Positions 8,182 to 17,540 of a stretch of 64,000 bases of DNA are shown one piece after another; position 1 is the stretch's first letter; the number at the start of each line of letters is the position of its first letter. The notes under the pieces are model-generated. The model was given only the letters and a program-made list of their open reading frames with translations. It had not been told where the DNA came from and did no database searches. Source of the DNA: Thermoplasmata archaeon (GTDB lineage Archaea > Thermoplasmatota > Thermoplasmata > Lutacidiplasmatales > UBA184); assembly GCA_021819135.1 (NCBI GenBank), contig JAKASE010000008.1, forward strand, positions 3,243 to 67,242, given 5' to 3'. A program made the position numbers and the translations under genes.

Positions 8182-8694
8182 ATGCCGACCGTTTCGCTGC
8201 GATACTCGTTCCGACAGCCGTTCCGCGTTCCCGCCCGGACCGCCTACGCCTGGTGCACCGACTTCGGTCCCGAGGACGGTCCCCTATTCTCGAATCCGAC
8301 CCGCCGGTCGGTCCGGCGCGTCGCGGCGGATGCGTGGATCCTGACCGACACCACCGGCCGACCCCCGAATACTCGGCGGATCCGTCGTCTCGTGCGGATC
8401 GATCCGGAGGGGATGGCTTGGACCAACACCCATCTCGATGGCCCGTTCCGTCACTCGCAGTACTGGTATCGAGTCGTGCCGGACGGCTCCCGGCGATCCC
8501 ACCTCGAGTTCACCGGCTTTCGCCTCGTCACGATCGACCGACCGATCTCCCCGGCGGAGGTCGCGCGGCGTTCGATGGAGGAACGCCGCCATGACGCACG
8601 CGAGTGGCGACGGTTCCTTACGCCCGCGCTCGAAAGGGACTGCCGCCCGGCTCCCGCCCGGTCGCGGGTCGGGTCACGGGTCCTGGCGGCCTAA
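8182..8694 (+). CDS. SRPBCC/START-like (polyketide cyclase-type) protein
   Basis: 170 aa. The pattern of alternating hydrophobic strands and the N-terminal FRVPARTAYAWCTDF resemble SRPBCC ligand-binding proteins. A GAGG lies 8 nt before the ATG. Confidence 0.55.
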   Translation: MPTVSLRYSFRQPFRVPARTAYAWCTDFGPEDGPLFSNPTRRSVRRVAADAWILTDTTGRPPNTRRIRRLVRIDPEGMAWTNTHLDGPFRHSQYWYRVVPDGSRRSHLEFTGFRLVTIDRPISPAEVARRSMEERRHDAREWRRFLTPALERDCRPAPARSRVGSRVLAA

Positions 8695-8849
8695 TGGCTG
8701 AAGAACTGGCTCGCCCCGCGCACCAGCTCCCCGAAGGAGATCCCCAGCGCGTTCAGCGCGAACGCCCCCATCAGGACCAATCCGGTCGAGAGCACCAGGT
8801 CCAGGACGACCCCACCCGAGCGGTTCATCCGACGGAGCAGAGGCCGCAT
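8691..8849 (-). CDS. Possible 52-aa single-TM mini-protein
   Basis: My own translation is MRPLLRRMNRSGGVVLDLVLSTGLVLMGAFALNALGISFGELVRGASQFFSH. It has one hydrophobic helix. It is below the track cutoff, and I have no homology. Confidence 0.3.
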   Translation of the reverse strand: MRPLLRRMNRSGGVVLDLVLSTGLVLMGAFALNALGISFGELVRGASQFFSH

Positions 8850-9049
8850 GGCTCCTCTCGGTACCCCAACCCACGGTCGTACTTGTAGGGTCCTCCCGAA
8901 CGGCGGGGATCCGTCGGGATCGTCCTACGGATCCGGTTCTCCGACGGGAGGGGATGGGCAAGGGCCTCGGGGGCGATGAACGGAGGGTCACCGGGAGGGA
9001 CCGACCCGGACCGACGTGTTCGGGCCCGGTCCCTGCCGCTCGACTCGCG

Positions 9050-10117
9050 CTAGGCGATCGGGGTCGCGAACGCCGGGCGGTAGTCCTGGGGGAGGCTCCC
9101 GAGGATCGGGATGGTGTGGCCGCACCGGCGGCACCGGTTCTTCGCGTCGAGGTTCCAGGAGGCGATCGTAAAGCCGTAGCGCTCGACGGCGAGCGCTCCG
9201 CACTTCGGGCAGTACGTGTGCTCGAGCGGGTGACCCCAGACGTTCCCGAGGTAGACGTAGTCGAGCCCCTCTCCTTTCGCGACCCCGTGGAGCCGCTCGA
9301 GCGTCGAGATCGGCGTCTCGGGAAGGTCCATCATCTTGTAGTCCGGGTGGAAGCGCAGGAGGTGGAACGGCGTCTCGGGACCGAGGTCCTCCACGATGCG
9401 GCGGGCGAGGGTCCGCGTTGCCGTCTCCGAGTCCCCGACGTCGGGGACGATGAGGTCGGTGATCTCGACGTGGACCCCGCGCGTTCTCAACCCGGCGGCG
9501 GTCGCGAAGATGGGCTCGGGACCCTTCGCCGTCACGTACTTCCGGAGGAACCCGGCCTCGCCGCTCCCCTTGAAGTCGACGCTCACCGCGTCGAGGTGCG
9601 GGCCGATCGCCGCGACGGCCTCGGGCGTCATGTAGCCGTTGGTGACGAAGTTCGCGAACAGCCCCGCGGCCCGGGCCTCCCGCATCACGTCGAGCGCGTA
9701 CTCCGCGAAGATCGTCGGTTCGTTGTAGGTGAACGTCACGCCCTGGCAGCCGTATCGCTTCGCCCAGCGGACCGCGGTCTGCGGGGAGAGGGCGCGGCCG
9801 GTGATCTCGCGCTCTTGGGAGATGTCGGCGTTCTGACAATATTGGCAGCGCCAGTTGCAGCCGACCGTTCCGATCGAGAGGACCCGGCTGCCCGGGTGGA
9901 AGTGCGATAGCGGCTTCTTCTCCACCGGATCGACCTGGACCGCGGAGGCGATCCCGTAGGTCAGGAGGACGAGGCGTCCGCCCACGTTCTTCCGCACGAA
10001 GCAGAACCCGTGGGACCCCGACGGGATGACGCAGTAGCGGGCGCAAGCGGTGCAGCGGACCTTCCCGTGCTCGAGGGGCTCGTAGAGTGTCGCCGGGTGG
10101 TCGGAAAGCGCCGTCAT
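9050..10117 (-). CDS. amrS: AmmeMemoRadiSam-system radical SAM enzyme
   Basis: The N-terminal CTACARYC and the radical-SAM CNWRCQYCQN motif are present, together with the C-terminal Cys cluster CPKCG..CRRCGH, which is typical of this family. ATG at 10115-10117. Confidence 0.85.
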   Translation of the reverse strand: MTALSDHPATLYEPLEHGKVRCTACARYCVIPSGSHGFCFVRKNVGGRLVLLTYGIASAVQVDPVEKKPLSHFHPGSRVLSIGTVGCNWRCQYCQNADISQEREITGRALSPQTAVRWAKRYGCQGVTFTYNEPTIFAEYALDVMREARAAGLFANFVTNGYMTPEAVAAIGPHLDAVSVDFKGSGEAGFLRKYVTAKGPEPIFATAAGLRTRGVHVEITDLIVPDVGDSETATRTLARRIVEDLGPETPFHLLRFHPDYKMMDLPETPISTLERLHGVAKGEGLDYVYLGNVWGHPLEHTYCPKCGALAVERYGFTIASWNLDAKNRCRRCGHTIPILGSLPQDYRPAFATPIA

Positions 10118-10221
10118 CGCTCCTGACCTGGAAGAGGCCACCGACACCGATAAGCGCTCGTCCCGCGGGCCGGCGGGCCGGGCACCAAACTTCATCTCTC
10201 CGAGGTCGTCCGGCGCCCGGT

Positions 10222-11652
10222 ATGCCGGCGCCGGACCCCGCTGCATCCGCGGCCCGGGAGGCCGACCGGGTCGAGGAGTCCGCCGGCCGTCAACTCGCGC
10301 CCTCTCCCGAGTTCCTCGACCGCGTGCGCCGGGTCCGCGAGTCGCTGGTCGAGAAGGTCGAGGCGGCCGCCCACGCCCGGAACAGCCCGCTCGTCCGCGC
10401 CTTGGTCGCGGGGAGCGCCGCCCGCGGCACCTTCCTCACGGACCGGCTCGACGTCGACCTCTTCCTCCTGTTCCCCCCCGACCTACCCCGGGAGCGCTTG
10501 CGCGCGGAGGGCCTTGCCCTCGGGGGGGCGGTGCTCACCGACACCCGGGTCCGGTATGCCGAGCATCCGTACCTGCGCGGTTCCTTCGAGGGGTTCACGG
10601 TCGACGCGGTGCCCGGCTACGCCGTCTCGGACCCGGCCCGGCCCCTCTCCCCGGTCGACCGGACCCCGTTCCACCAGGAGTACCTCTCTGCGCGAGAGAC
10701 CCCCGAGCTCGTCGGACAGGTCCGTCTCGCGAAGCAGTTCCTCCGCCGCCTCGGCATCTACGGCTCGGAGGCCCGCACCGAGGGCCTTTCGGGCTACCTG
10801 GTCGAGCTCCTCGTCCTCCGGTTCGGATCCCTCCGCGGGCTCCTCGGAGCGGCCCGCTCCTGGCGGATCCCGGTGCGCCTCGCCGATCCCGGGCGCGAAC
10901 CGCCGCGGCTGCCCGCGGACGTCGCGCTCATCCTCGCCGACCCGGTCGACCCGAACCGGAACGTCGCGAGCGCCCTCTCCCGCCGCAATCTCGCGACGCT
11001 CATCCTCGCCGCGGGGGCGTACCTCGACCGACCGACGGATCTCTGGTTCTCGGCGCCGTCATCCCCACCGTTCACGCGAGCGGACGCCGAGCACCGCATC
11101 GGGGAGCGCCACAGCCATGTGACGGTCGTGGTGCTTCCCCGCCCCGACCTGGTCGACGACACCCTCTACCCGCAGGTGCGGAAGGCCGAGCGGACCCTCG
11201 CCGAGGAGCTGGGACGCTCCGGCTTCGCGGTCCTCGGCTCGGCGGCCGGCGCCGACCCCGAACGGGTCTACCTCCTGGTCGAGGTGGCGCACGCCCTCCG
11301 TTCCCCGGTCCGGCAGCGGGACGGCCCGCCGGCGGGGATCGACCGGGTCGGACAGTTCCTCGAGAAGTGGGGGGTCGGGAACGACGAGGTCCTCCAGGGC
11401 CCGTTCGTGCGCGAGGACGGGAGCCTCGCCGTCGAGAGCCGGGTCGCCGTGCGGGAGGCGGAGGGAGCGCTCCGCGCGGCCCTGCCGCGGCTGTCGCTCG
11501 GCAAGGACCTCACGCCCCGGGACCCGGGGACCGCCGAGGTGCGGCCGCTCCGGGAGATCGCGGACTCCCCGGCGGTCACCGAGGCCCTGCGGGCGCTCCT
11601 CGCGAAGCAGCTCCCCTGGCTCGGACCGGAACGACCGCCGTCGCGTCGTTAG
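10222..11652 (+). CDS. cca: Archaeal (class I) CCA-adding tRNA nucleotidyltransferase
   Basis: VAGSAARGTFLTDRLDVDLFLLFP nucleotidyltransferase motif, followed by YAEHPYLRG..VDAVPGY and DRTPFHQEYL. ATG at 10222. Confidence 0.85.
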   Translation: MPAPDPAASAAREADRVEESAGRQLAPSPEFLDRVRRVRESLVEKVEAAAHARNSPLVRALVAGSAARGTFLTDRLDVDLFLLFPPDLPRERLRAEGLALGGAVLTDTRVRYAEHPYLRGSFEGFTVDAVPGYAVSDPARPLSPVDRTPFHQEYLSARETPELVGQVRLAKQFLRRLGIYGSEARTEGLSGYLVELLVLRFGSLRGLLGAARSWRIPVRLADPGREPPRLPADVALILADPVDPNRNVASALSRRNLATLILAAGAYLDRPTDLWFSAPSSPPFTRADAEHRIGERHSHVTVVVLPRPDLVDDTLYPQVRKAERTLAEELGRSGFAVLGSAAGADPERVYLLVEVAHALRSPVRQRDGPPAGIDRVGQFLEKWGVGNDEVLQGPFVREDGSLAVESRVAVREAEGALRAALPRLSLGKDLTPRDPGTAEVRPLREIADSPAVTEALRALLAKQLPWLGPERPPSRR

Positions 11653-12011
11653 GCCGTCGGCGACACGTTCAGCAGGACGAACCAGAGGGCGAGCCATCCG
11701 AAGAACTCGAGGACGATGAGCCCGGCCCAGTCGCCCCTCGTGTAGAGGTTCGAGTTCGACCGCAGCCGCCCGATCAGCATCGGGCTCAGGGCGATGATCA
11801 CGAGACCGAGCCCGAACGGCAGCCAGCCGGTCATGCCCGCCCCGGTAAGGACCCAGCCGAGGATCCCGAGGAGGACCGTGATGATCCCGGCGAGGGCGGT
11901 CGCCCCCGTCAGCTCGTACTCCTTCTTCGCGAACGACTCCTCGTCGAACGCGGGGAACTCGAACTTCGGGGCCTCGACCTCCTCCGGCCGCTTGCGGACC
12001 TTCTTCGCCAT
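11649..12011 (-). CDS. Hypothetical three-TM membrane protein
   Basis: A basic/acidic N-terminus (MAKKVRKRPEEVE) is followed by three hydrophobic helices. Good third-position GC. Confidence 0.6.
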   Translation of the reverse strand: MAKKVRKRPEEVEAPKFEFPAFDEESFAKKEYELTGATALAGIITVLLGILGWVLTGAGMTGWLPFGLGLVIIALSPMLIGRLRSNSNLYTRGDWAGLIVLEFFGWLALWFVLLNVSPTA

Positions 12012-12014
12012 GGC

Positions 12015-12932
12015 TCACTCCTTCCGGGTGTCGTGCGCGCGCCGGAACAGCTCCTCGGCTCGGTACGAGCTGCGCACGAGGGGACCGGCCTCGACCCCCG
12101 CGAAGCCGAGGTCCAACGCGACCGACTTGAGGCGTTCGAACTCCTCCGGCGGAACGTACCGGTCCACCGGCACGTGCTCCGGGCCGGGCCGAAGGTACTG
12201 ACCGAGCGTGAGCAGGTCGACGCCGGCGAGGCGGAGGTCCGCGAAGGCGGTGCGCAGGTCCGCCTCGGTCTCGCCGAGGCCGAGCATGATCGAGCTCTTG
12301 GTGACGAGAGCCCTCGGGCTCGTCCTCCGGACCTCCCGGAAGACCCCGAGGGAACGGTCGTAGCCGGCCCGGGGGTCCCGGATCCGGGGCGACAGGGCCC
12401 GCGTGGTCTCGAGGTTGTGCGCGAGCACGTCGGGGGGAGCCTCCCACAGCGCGGCGAGCGACTCCGGCCGTCCGGCAAGGTCGCCGATCAGCAGCTCGAT
12501 CCGGGTCTCGGGCGAGGCCTCCCGGATCCGTCGGACCGTCTCGGCGAGGATCGCCGCCCCGCCGTCCTCGAGGTCGTCCCGGCAGACCTGGGTGAGGACC
12601 ACGTACCGCAGTCCCCAGCGACGGACCGCCTCGGCGACCCGGGCCGGCTCGGAGCGGTCGACCGCCCCCCGGGGCCAGTGGGTCGTGACGGCACAGAACC
12701 CGCATCGGCGGGTGCATTCGGTGCCGAGAAGCATCAGCGTGGCCGCGCCCCGCGACCAGCACTCCGGAAGGTTGGGGCAGCGGGCCTCCCGGCAGACGGT
12801 GTCGAGATGGAGGCCCTCGAGCAGTCCACGGACCTCCGGGTAGACGGCCCCACGCGGGGGGCGGACGCGGATCCACTCGGGAAGCCGCTCGAGGGGTCCT
12901 GCCGGCATCGGCGAGGAGCTGGACGTGGACAC
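12015..12932 (-). CDS. lipA: Lipoyl synthase
   Basis: Both Fe-S motifs are present: CREARCPNLPEC and CTRRCGFCAV. The length is typical. Confidence 0.9.
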   Translation of the reverse strand: MSTSSSSPMPAGPLERLPEWIRVRPPRGAVYPEVRGLLEGLHLDTVCREARCPNLPECWSRGAATLMLLGTECTRRCGFCAVTTHWPRGAVDRSEPARVAEAVRRWGLRYVVLTQVCRDDLEDGGAAILAETVRRIREASPETRIELLIGDLAGRPESLAALWEAPPDVLAHNLETTRALSPRIRDPRAGYDRSLGVFREVRRTSPRALVTKSSIMLGLGETEADLRTAFADLRLAGVDLLTLGQYLRPGPEHVPVDRYVPPEEFERLKSVALDLGFAGVEAGPLVRSSYRAEELFRRAHDTRKE

Positions 12933-12999
12933 AGGCCGGGCACAGGGGTAGGCGGTTTAGCGTTATCCTGCGGCGGGGACGCCCCGGGCCTGCGGACCC

Positions 13000-13434
13000 C
13001 TACCGGTGGTGGACCACCAGCACGGGGCAGGGAGCGTGGTGGACGAGGGCGTCGGAGACACTGCCCATCAGGAGCCGGCGGCCCGCCGACAGCCCCCGGG
13101 ATCCCACGACGAGCAGGTCCGGAGGGTTCGCCTCGAGGTAGGAGAGGAGCTGCTCGACCACCGGACCCTGCAACAGGACCGTCCGGACCTCGGGGATCCG
13201 GGGACCGCTCACCCGTCCCCGCCGCTCCGCGAGCATCTCCTCATGGGCGACGCGCACCGACTCGGGCGAGAACGGTTCCGGCATCGGGCCGCCCATCGTC
13301 GGAACGATCGCGAGCGGAACGGCGGTCAGGAGGACCAGCGCGGCGTGGTACTGGCCGGCGATGTCCGCCGCGAGCGCGAGGGCGCGGTCCGCGTGGACCG
13401 AGCCGTCCAGGGCCACCGCGACGTGGCCGATCAC
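13000..13434 (-). CDS. Universal stress protein (UspA family)
   Basis: 144 aa from the GTG at 13432-13434. It ends with VVGSRGLSAGRRLLMGSVSDALVHHAPCPVLVV. Its start overlaps the upstream MFS stop (GTGA). Confidence 0.85.
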   Translation of the reverse strand: MIGHVAVALDGSVHADRALALAADIAGQYHAALVLLTAVPLAIVPTMGGPMPEPFSPESVRVAHEEMLAERRGRVSGPRIPEVRTVLLQGPVVEQLLSYLEANPPDLLVVGSRGLSAGRRLLMGSVSDALVHHAPCPVLVVHHR

Positions 13435-15254
13435 CGACCCCCCCGCACCCGGACGGGCGCCGGCCGCACATCGTCCGACCCCCGCCCGCCGGCCGGGCCG
13501 GCCCGGGGGGGAGCCGGAGCCGCCGCTTCCGTGGCGGTCGAGCGCTGGGGCGCCTCGAGCTCGTGGATGTAGCGCTCCCCCCGCAGCATCGACACGACCG
13601 CCGCGACGGCCGTCAGGATGGCAGAGATCTCGAAGGCGGCATCGATGCCGTTCAGGAACGCCGGGGCCACCGCGTTGGGGAAGAAGCCCTGCGCGGTCAG
13701 GGTCGGTAACGCGGGTGCGATCTGGGACTGGAGCGATGCGGGGAGATAGTGGATGTACATCAGCATCGGGTTCTGGCCGAGGAAGGCGCCGAACAGCGCG
13801 CCGGTCGGATCGGCCGAGACCATCTGGGTGAGGGCCGATGCCGGAGCGCCGGAGACCCCGGCGGCGCCGAGCGCCGAGGAGACCGAGCCGGACAGCCCGC
13901 CCGCGAGACCGACGATCACGATCGTGAAGAAGACGGCCAGCGAGAGCTGCTGGCCGGCGTTCTGCAGGGTCGCCCGCATCCCCGATGCGGCGCCGCGATG
14001 CTCGGCCGGCACGGCGTTCATGATCGCCGCCGTGTTCGGCGCGGCGAACATCCCCATCCCGCACCCCTGGAGGAACAGGAGGAGCCCCATCTCCCAGTAG
14101 GCGAAATCGTACGGGAGGAACAGGAACGCGACGAAGCCGACCGAGCTGAGCGCCATCCCGCCACTGGCGAGGTACCGGGCGCCGAACCGGTCGGAGAGCC
14201 AGCCGCTGAGAGGACCCATGAGCACGAACCCGCCCATCATCGGCAGCATGTAGATCCCGGCCCAGAACGGGGTCTCGGAGAACGAGTAGCCGTGGAGGGG
14301 AAGCCAGATCCCCTGGAACCAGATGATGAGCATGAACATCACCCCCCCGCGCGCGATCGAGCCGAGGAGGCCCGCGAAGTTCCCCGCGGTGAACGCCCGG
14401 ATGCGGAAGAGCTCGAGACGGAACATCGGGTCCGCGACCCGCGACTCGACCCAGAGGAAGGCGAGGAGGAGGGCGATCCCGGCGACGATGCCGCCGAGCA
14501 CCCACGGGCTGCTCCAGCCCATCTGCTGCCCCCCGTACGGCAGGAGGCCGTAGGTCACGGCGACCAGGAGCACGGTGAGGCCGGCGCCGAAGGTGACGTT
14601 CCCGACCAGGTCGATCCGCTGGCCGGCCCGGATCGCTCCGATGTCGTGGAGCTTGACGTACGCCCAGACCGTTCCTGCGATCGCCACCGGCACGCTGGCA
14701 AGGAAGATGATCCGCCAGGTCGGGATGACCAGCGCCCCGATCCGGAGGTCTCCGATGCCGGCAAGGAGCCCGCCGAGGACGAGACCGACGACGGATCCGC
14801 CGATCGCCGCGACCTGATTGATCCCGAGGGCCTTGCCGCGCTCGGAGTGGGGGAAGGCGTCGGTGATCAGCGCGGCCGAGTTCGCGAAGAGGAACGCCCC
14901 GCCCACTCCCTGGACGATCCGGAACCCGACGAGCTCCCACGCCCCGACCGTCCCCGAGTTCGGGATGAGGAAGAGCAGGACCGAGCCGACCGCGAAGATC
15001 GCGAAGCCGAGGTTGTACATCCGGGCGCGACCCCACATGTCGGAGATCCGGCCGACCGTGACGAGGAGGGTCGCGGTCACGATCCCGTAGCCGAGCAGGA
15101 CCCAGATGAGGAGCGGGAGGCTGCTCGGGTTGAACGCGTCGACGTTGAGGCCCCGGAAGATCACGGGTAGCGAGATCAGGATGATCGTCCCGTTGATCGA
15201 CGCCATCAAGGCACCGAGGGTGGTGTTCGACAGGACCGTCCACTTGTACTCCAT
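13431..15254 (-). CDS. MFS transporter, DHA2/EmrB-like (14 TM), with a Pro/Ala-rich C-terminal tail
   Basis: MFS motif GRISDMWGRARMY and many TM helices. The N-terminus (MEYKWTVLSNTTLGALMASINGTIILISLP) is typical of DHA2. Confidence 0.9.
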   Translation of the reverse strand: MEYKWTVLSNTTLGALMASINGTIILISLPVIFRGLNVDAFNPSSLPLLIWVLLGYGIVTATLLVTVGRISDMWGRARMYNLGFAIFAVGSVLLFLIPNSGTVGAWELVGFRIVQGVGGAFLFANSAALITDAFPHSERGKALGINQVAAIGGSVVGLVLGGLLAGIGDLRIGALVIPTWRIIFLASVPVAIAGTVWAYVKLHDIGAIRAGQRIDLVGNVTFGAGLTVLLVAVTYGLLPYGGQQMGWSSPWVLGGIVAGIALLLAFLWVESRVADPMFRLELFRIRAFTAGNFAGLLGSIARGGVMFMLIIWFQGIWLPLHGYSFSETPFWAGIYMLPMMGGFVLMGPLSGWLSDRFGARYLASGGMALSSVGFVAFLFLPYDFAYWEMGLLLFLQGCGMGMFAAPNTAAIMNAVPAEHRGAASGMRATLQNAGQQLSLAVFFTIVIVGLAGGLSGSVSSALGAAGVSGAPASALTQMVSADPTGALFGAFLGQNPMLMYIHYLPASLQSQIAPALPTLTAQGFFPNAVAPAFLNGIDAAFEISAILTAVAAVVSMLRGERYIHELEAPQRSTATEAAAPAPPRAGPAGGRGSDDVRPAPVRVRGGR

Positions 15255-15269
15255 GGCCGTGCCTCCCCC

Positions 15270-15746
15270 CTACTCCGGCCGGGAACGGAGCGCCCGGAGC
15301 AGCGCGTCGAGCCCGGCGATCAGCGTCTCCCGCTCGACCCGCGTCAGGGCCTCCCCCAGCGCGAGGGCCGTGGCCCGCTGGAGCGCGCGCGCCTTCTCGA
15401 AGGTCTGACGTCCTGACGGGGTGAGGGTCACCAGGACGGCGCGTCGGTCCTTGGGGTGGGAGAGCCGCCTCACGAGACGGTGCCGCTCGAGCCGATCGAT
15501 GATGTCGGTCGCGCCGGCGGGAGTGACGCCCGCCGCCTCCGCGATCTCGGTCGGCTTCGCGGGGGCCTGCGCGCAGAGCTGGAGCGAGACGAACTCGGTG
15601 AGCGACAGGTCAAGCTGCGCCAGGAGCTCGATACGCTCCCGCCGCAGGGCGAGGTACGCTTCCCTCAGCCGAGCCCACAGCTCGTCCGGGGGCTGGAGGT
15701 CGGCGATGGCGGCCGCCCGTCTTCGGGAGGTCCCTCGAGGATTCAT
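15270..15746 (-). CDS. MarR family transcriptional regulator
   Basis: Winged-HTH core (LSLTEFVSLQLCAQAPAKPTEIAEAAGVTPAGATDIIDRLERHRLVRRLSHPKDRRAV). I preferred the ATG at 15744-15746 because the TATA-like CTTTAATAG (15785-15793) would place the transcription start downstream of the GTG at 15773. Confidence 0.85.
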   Translation of the reverse strand: MNPRGTSRRRAAAIADLQPPDELWARLREAYLALRRERIELLAQLDLSLTEFVSLQLCAQAPAKPTEIAEAAGVTPAGATDIIDRLERHRLVRRLSHPKDRRAVLVTLTPSGRQTFEKARALQRATALALGEALTRVERETLIAGLDALLRALRSRPE

Positions 15747-15784
15747 GGGGTGCGTGGGGAACGGCGAAAACACTTCGATGTCGA

Positions 15785-15793
15785 CTATTAAAG
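15785..15793 (-). promoter_or_regulatory. Putative TATA box for the MarR-MFS-Usp unit
   Basis: CTTTAATAG on the minus strand, in the only AT-rich patch between the two MFS genes, about 40 nt upstream of the MarR ATG. Confidence 0.4.
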
Positions 15794-15872
15794 CATCTAA
15801 TCAAATCCGGCCCACCCCCGCGCGCCGCGATGTCGACCGGCCCGGCGCGGGACCGGGGGGCCCGCTCCGTCG

Positions 15873-17393
15873 TTAGCGCGCATGCGGTTCCTGGACCGGT
15901 GGCCCGGCGGAGGGGCCCCGATGGGGTCCCCGCAACGCCGACAGGACCGCGGCGACCGCGAGGATCCCGGCCGAGACGTAGAGCGCCCCGTCGATCCCGT
16001 TCAGGAACGCGGCCCCCACCCCGCCGATCAGCGTGGTGGTGCCGAGGATCACCTCGTAGGCGACGTACCGGGGCACCGTCCCCGCCGCGATCGAGATGGC
16101 GAGGACGAAGCTGAGGAGGGTGCCGGTGTTCGCGAGCATGCTCCTCAGGCCGGAGACCGCGCCGTACGAACCCCGCGGGGCGTTCGCCATGATCGCGGCG
16201 TTGTTCGCCGGCCAGAACATCCCGCTCCCGACCCCCGTGACGAGGGAGATCCCGACGATATCGATGTACGGGGAATCGACCCGCAAGGTCGCGTAGAGCA
16301 GCACGCCGATGAGCATCGCCACGACCCCAAGGGTGGCGAGGAGGCGGGCCCCCCACCGGTCCGTGAGCCGTCCCATGTACGGCGCAAGACCCCCGCCCAC
16401 CACGTATCCCGGTACGAGCAGCAGGGCGGCGGCGAGCGGCGTCAGCCCGCGGACCCCCTGGAGGTACATGGTCATGAGGAAGACCACGGCGAGGTACCCG
16501 AGCCCCTGGAGGAACGAGCTGATCAGCGAGAACGTCAGGATCCGCTCGCGAAAGACCGAGAGCGGGAGGAGCGGCGTCCGCGCCCGGCGTTCCCACACGA
16601 AGAACGGGACGAGCATGACGAGACCGACGAGGATGAGCCCCTCGTTGATCGGTCGGAACCCGTAGGAGGCGAAATCGATCGCCCCGTAGGCGGTCGCCCC
16701 GAGGGCCACGCCGAGGAGGGCGAAGCCGGGGAGGTCGAGGGTCGTGTGGTGGCGCTCGACGTCGCGCACGTACCGCAGGCCGAGCCAGACGGCGACGGCG
16801 CCGATCGGTGCGTTGATGAAGAAGATGAAGCGCCACCCGACGAGGGTAGTGATCGCCCCTCCGAGGACGATCCCCAGGATCGCCCCGAGGTTCCAGCCGA
16901 GGGAGGTGTACCCGAACGCCAGCCCCCGGCGCTCGGGAGGGAAGTGGTCGGCGATGATCGCCCCGCTGTTCGCGAGCATGAACGAGGCGCCTACCGCCTG
17001 CCCTCCCCGGGAAGCGATGAGGAACAGGTCGGACGGCGCGAGCCCGCAGAGCACCGAGGCCACGGTGAAGATGGCGAACCCGGTCGTGTAGAGCCGGGCC
17101 CGGCCGAAGATGTCCCCGATCCGGCCGAACTGGGTAGTGAGGAGGGTCGCGACGAGCAGGTAGAGCAGGATGACCCAGATGATCGTGCCGAGCGGCGAGT
17201 GGAGCTCCGTCCCCATCGTGGGGAGCGCGAGGACGACGATCGTCGTGTCGATGGCCGCCATCAGCGTTCCCAGCACGATCACGAAGAGGACCGCCCGCGG
17301 CGAGCCGCCCCCGTTCGGTCGCGGGGCCGCGGCGCCCGCGGCGGGGCTCGCGGCCCACGCCGGGCTGTTCCCGGTCCCCTTCGAGGCGATCAC
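15873..17393 (-). CDS. MFS transporter, DHA2/EmrB-like (second paralog)
   Basis: FGRIGDIFGRARLY motif, about 14 TM helices, and an N-terminal organisation similar to 13431-15254. Confidence 0.9.
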   Translation of the reverse strand: MIASKGTGNSPAWAASPAAGAAAPRPNGGGSPRAVLFVIVLGTLMAAIDTTIVVLALPTMGTELHSPLGTIIWVILLYLLVATLLTTQFGRIGDIFGRARLYTTGFAIFTVASVLCGLAPSDLFLIASRGGQAVGASFMLANSGAIIADHFPPERRGLAFGYTSLGWNLGAILGIVLGGAITTLVGWRFIFFINAPIGAVAVWLGLRYVRDVERHHTTLDLPGFALLGVALGATAYGAIDFASYGFRPINEGLILVGLVMLVPFFVWERRARTPLLPLSVFRERILTFSLISSFLQGLGYLAVVFLMTMYLQGVRGLTPLAAALLLVPGYVVGGGLAPYMGRLTDRWGARLLATLGVVAMLIGVLLYATLRVDSPYIDIVGISLVTGVGSGMFWPANNAAIMANAPRGSYGAVSGLRSMLANTGTLLSFVLAISIAAGTVPRYVAYEVILGTTTLIGGVGAAFLNGIDGALYVSAGILAVAAVLSALRGPHRGPSAGPPVQEPHAR

Positions 17394-17540
17394 GGGCCCG
17401 GGGGACCACCCCGCCAGGGCCGCGCCTTCGATCCCGGTCGCTCGATCATTGTTCCCATGGGTCCGCGAAGGGGAACCCCTCGACCTGGGCGCCTTCCGGG
17501 CGCAACGGAAGGAAAAGGATTACGTCGACCGCGAGAGACC

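Noticed and set aside
8161-8200. Fluoride-riboswitch-like GGCGAUGAGG at the start of the SRPBCC gene.
   Set aside because: The CGCC partner needed for P1 and the downstream GAUGA..CCUAC elements are absent, and the sequence overlaps the coding start.
11059-13709. Overlapping 605-aa (minus strand) and 780-aa (plus strand) ORFs.
   Set aside because: Both are Arg/Gly/Pro-rich and overlap cca, the small membrane protein gene, lipA, usp and the MFS gene, all of which have clear family motifs in other frames.
17394-17540. Possible replication origin next to orc1/cdc6.
   Set aside because: The region is GC-rich and has no AT-rich unwinding element. There is only one inverted repeat rather than multiple ORB copies. 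I kept it as a low-interest question, not as a feature.
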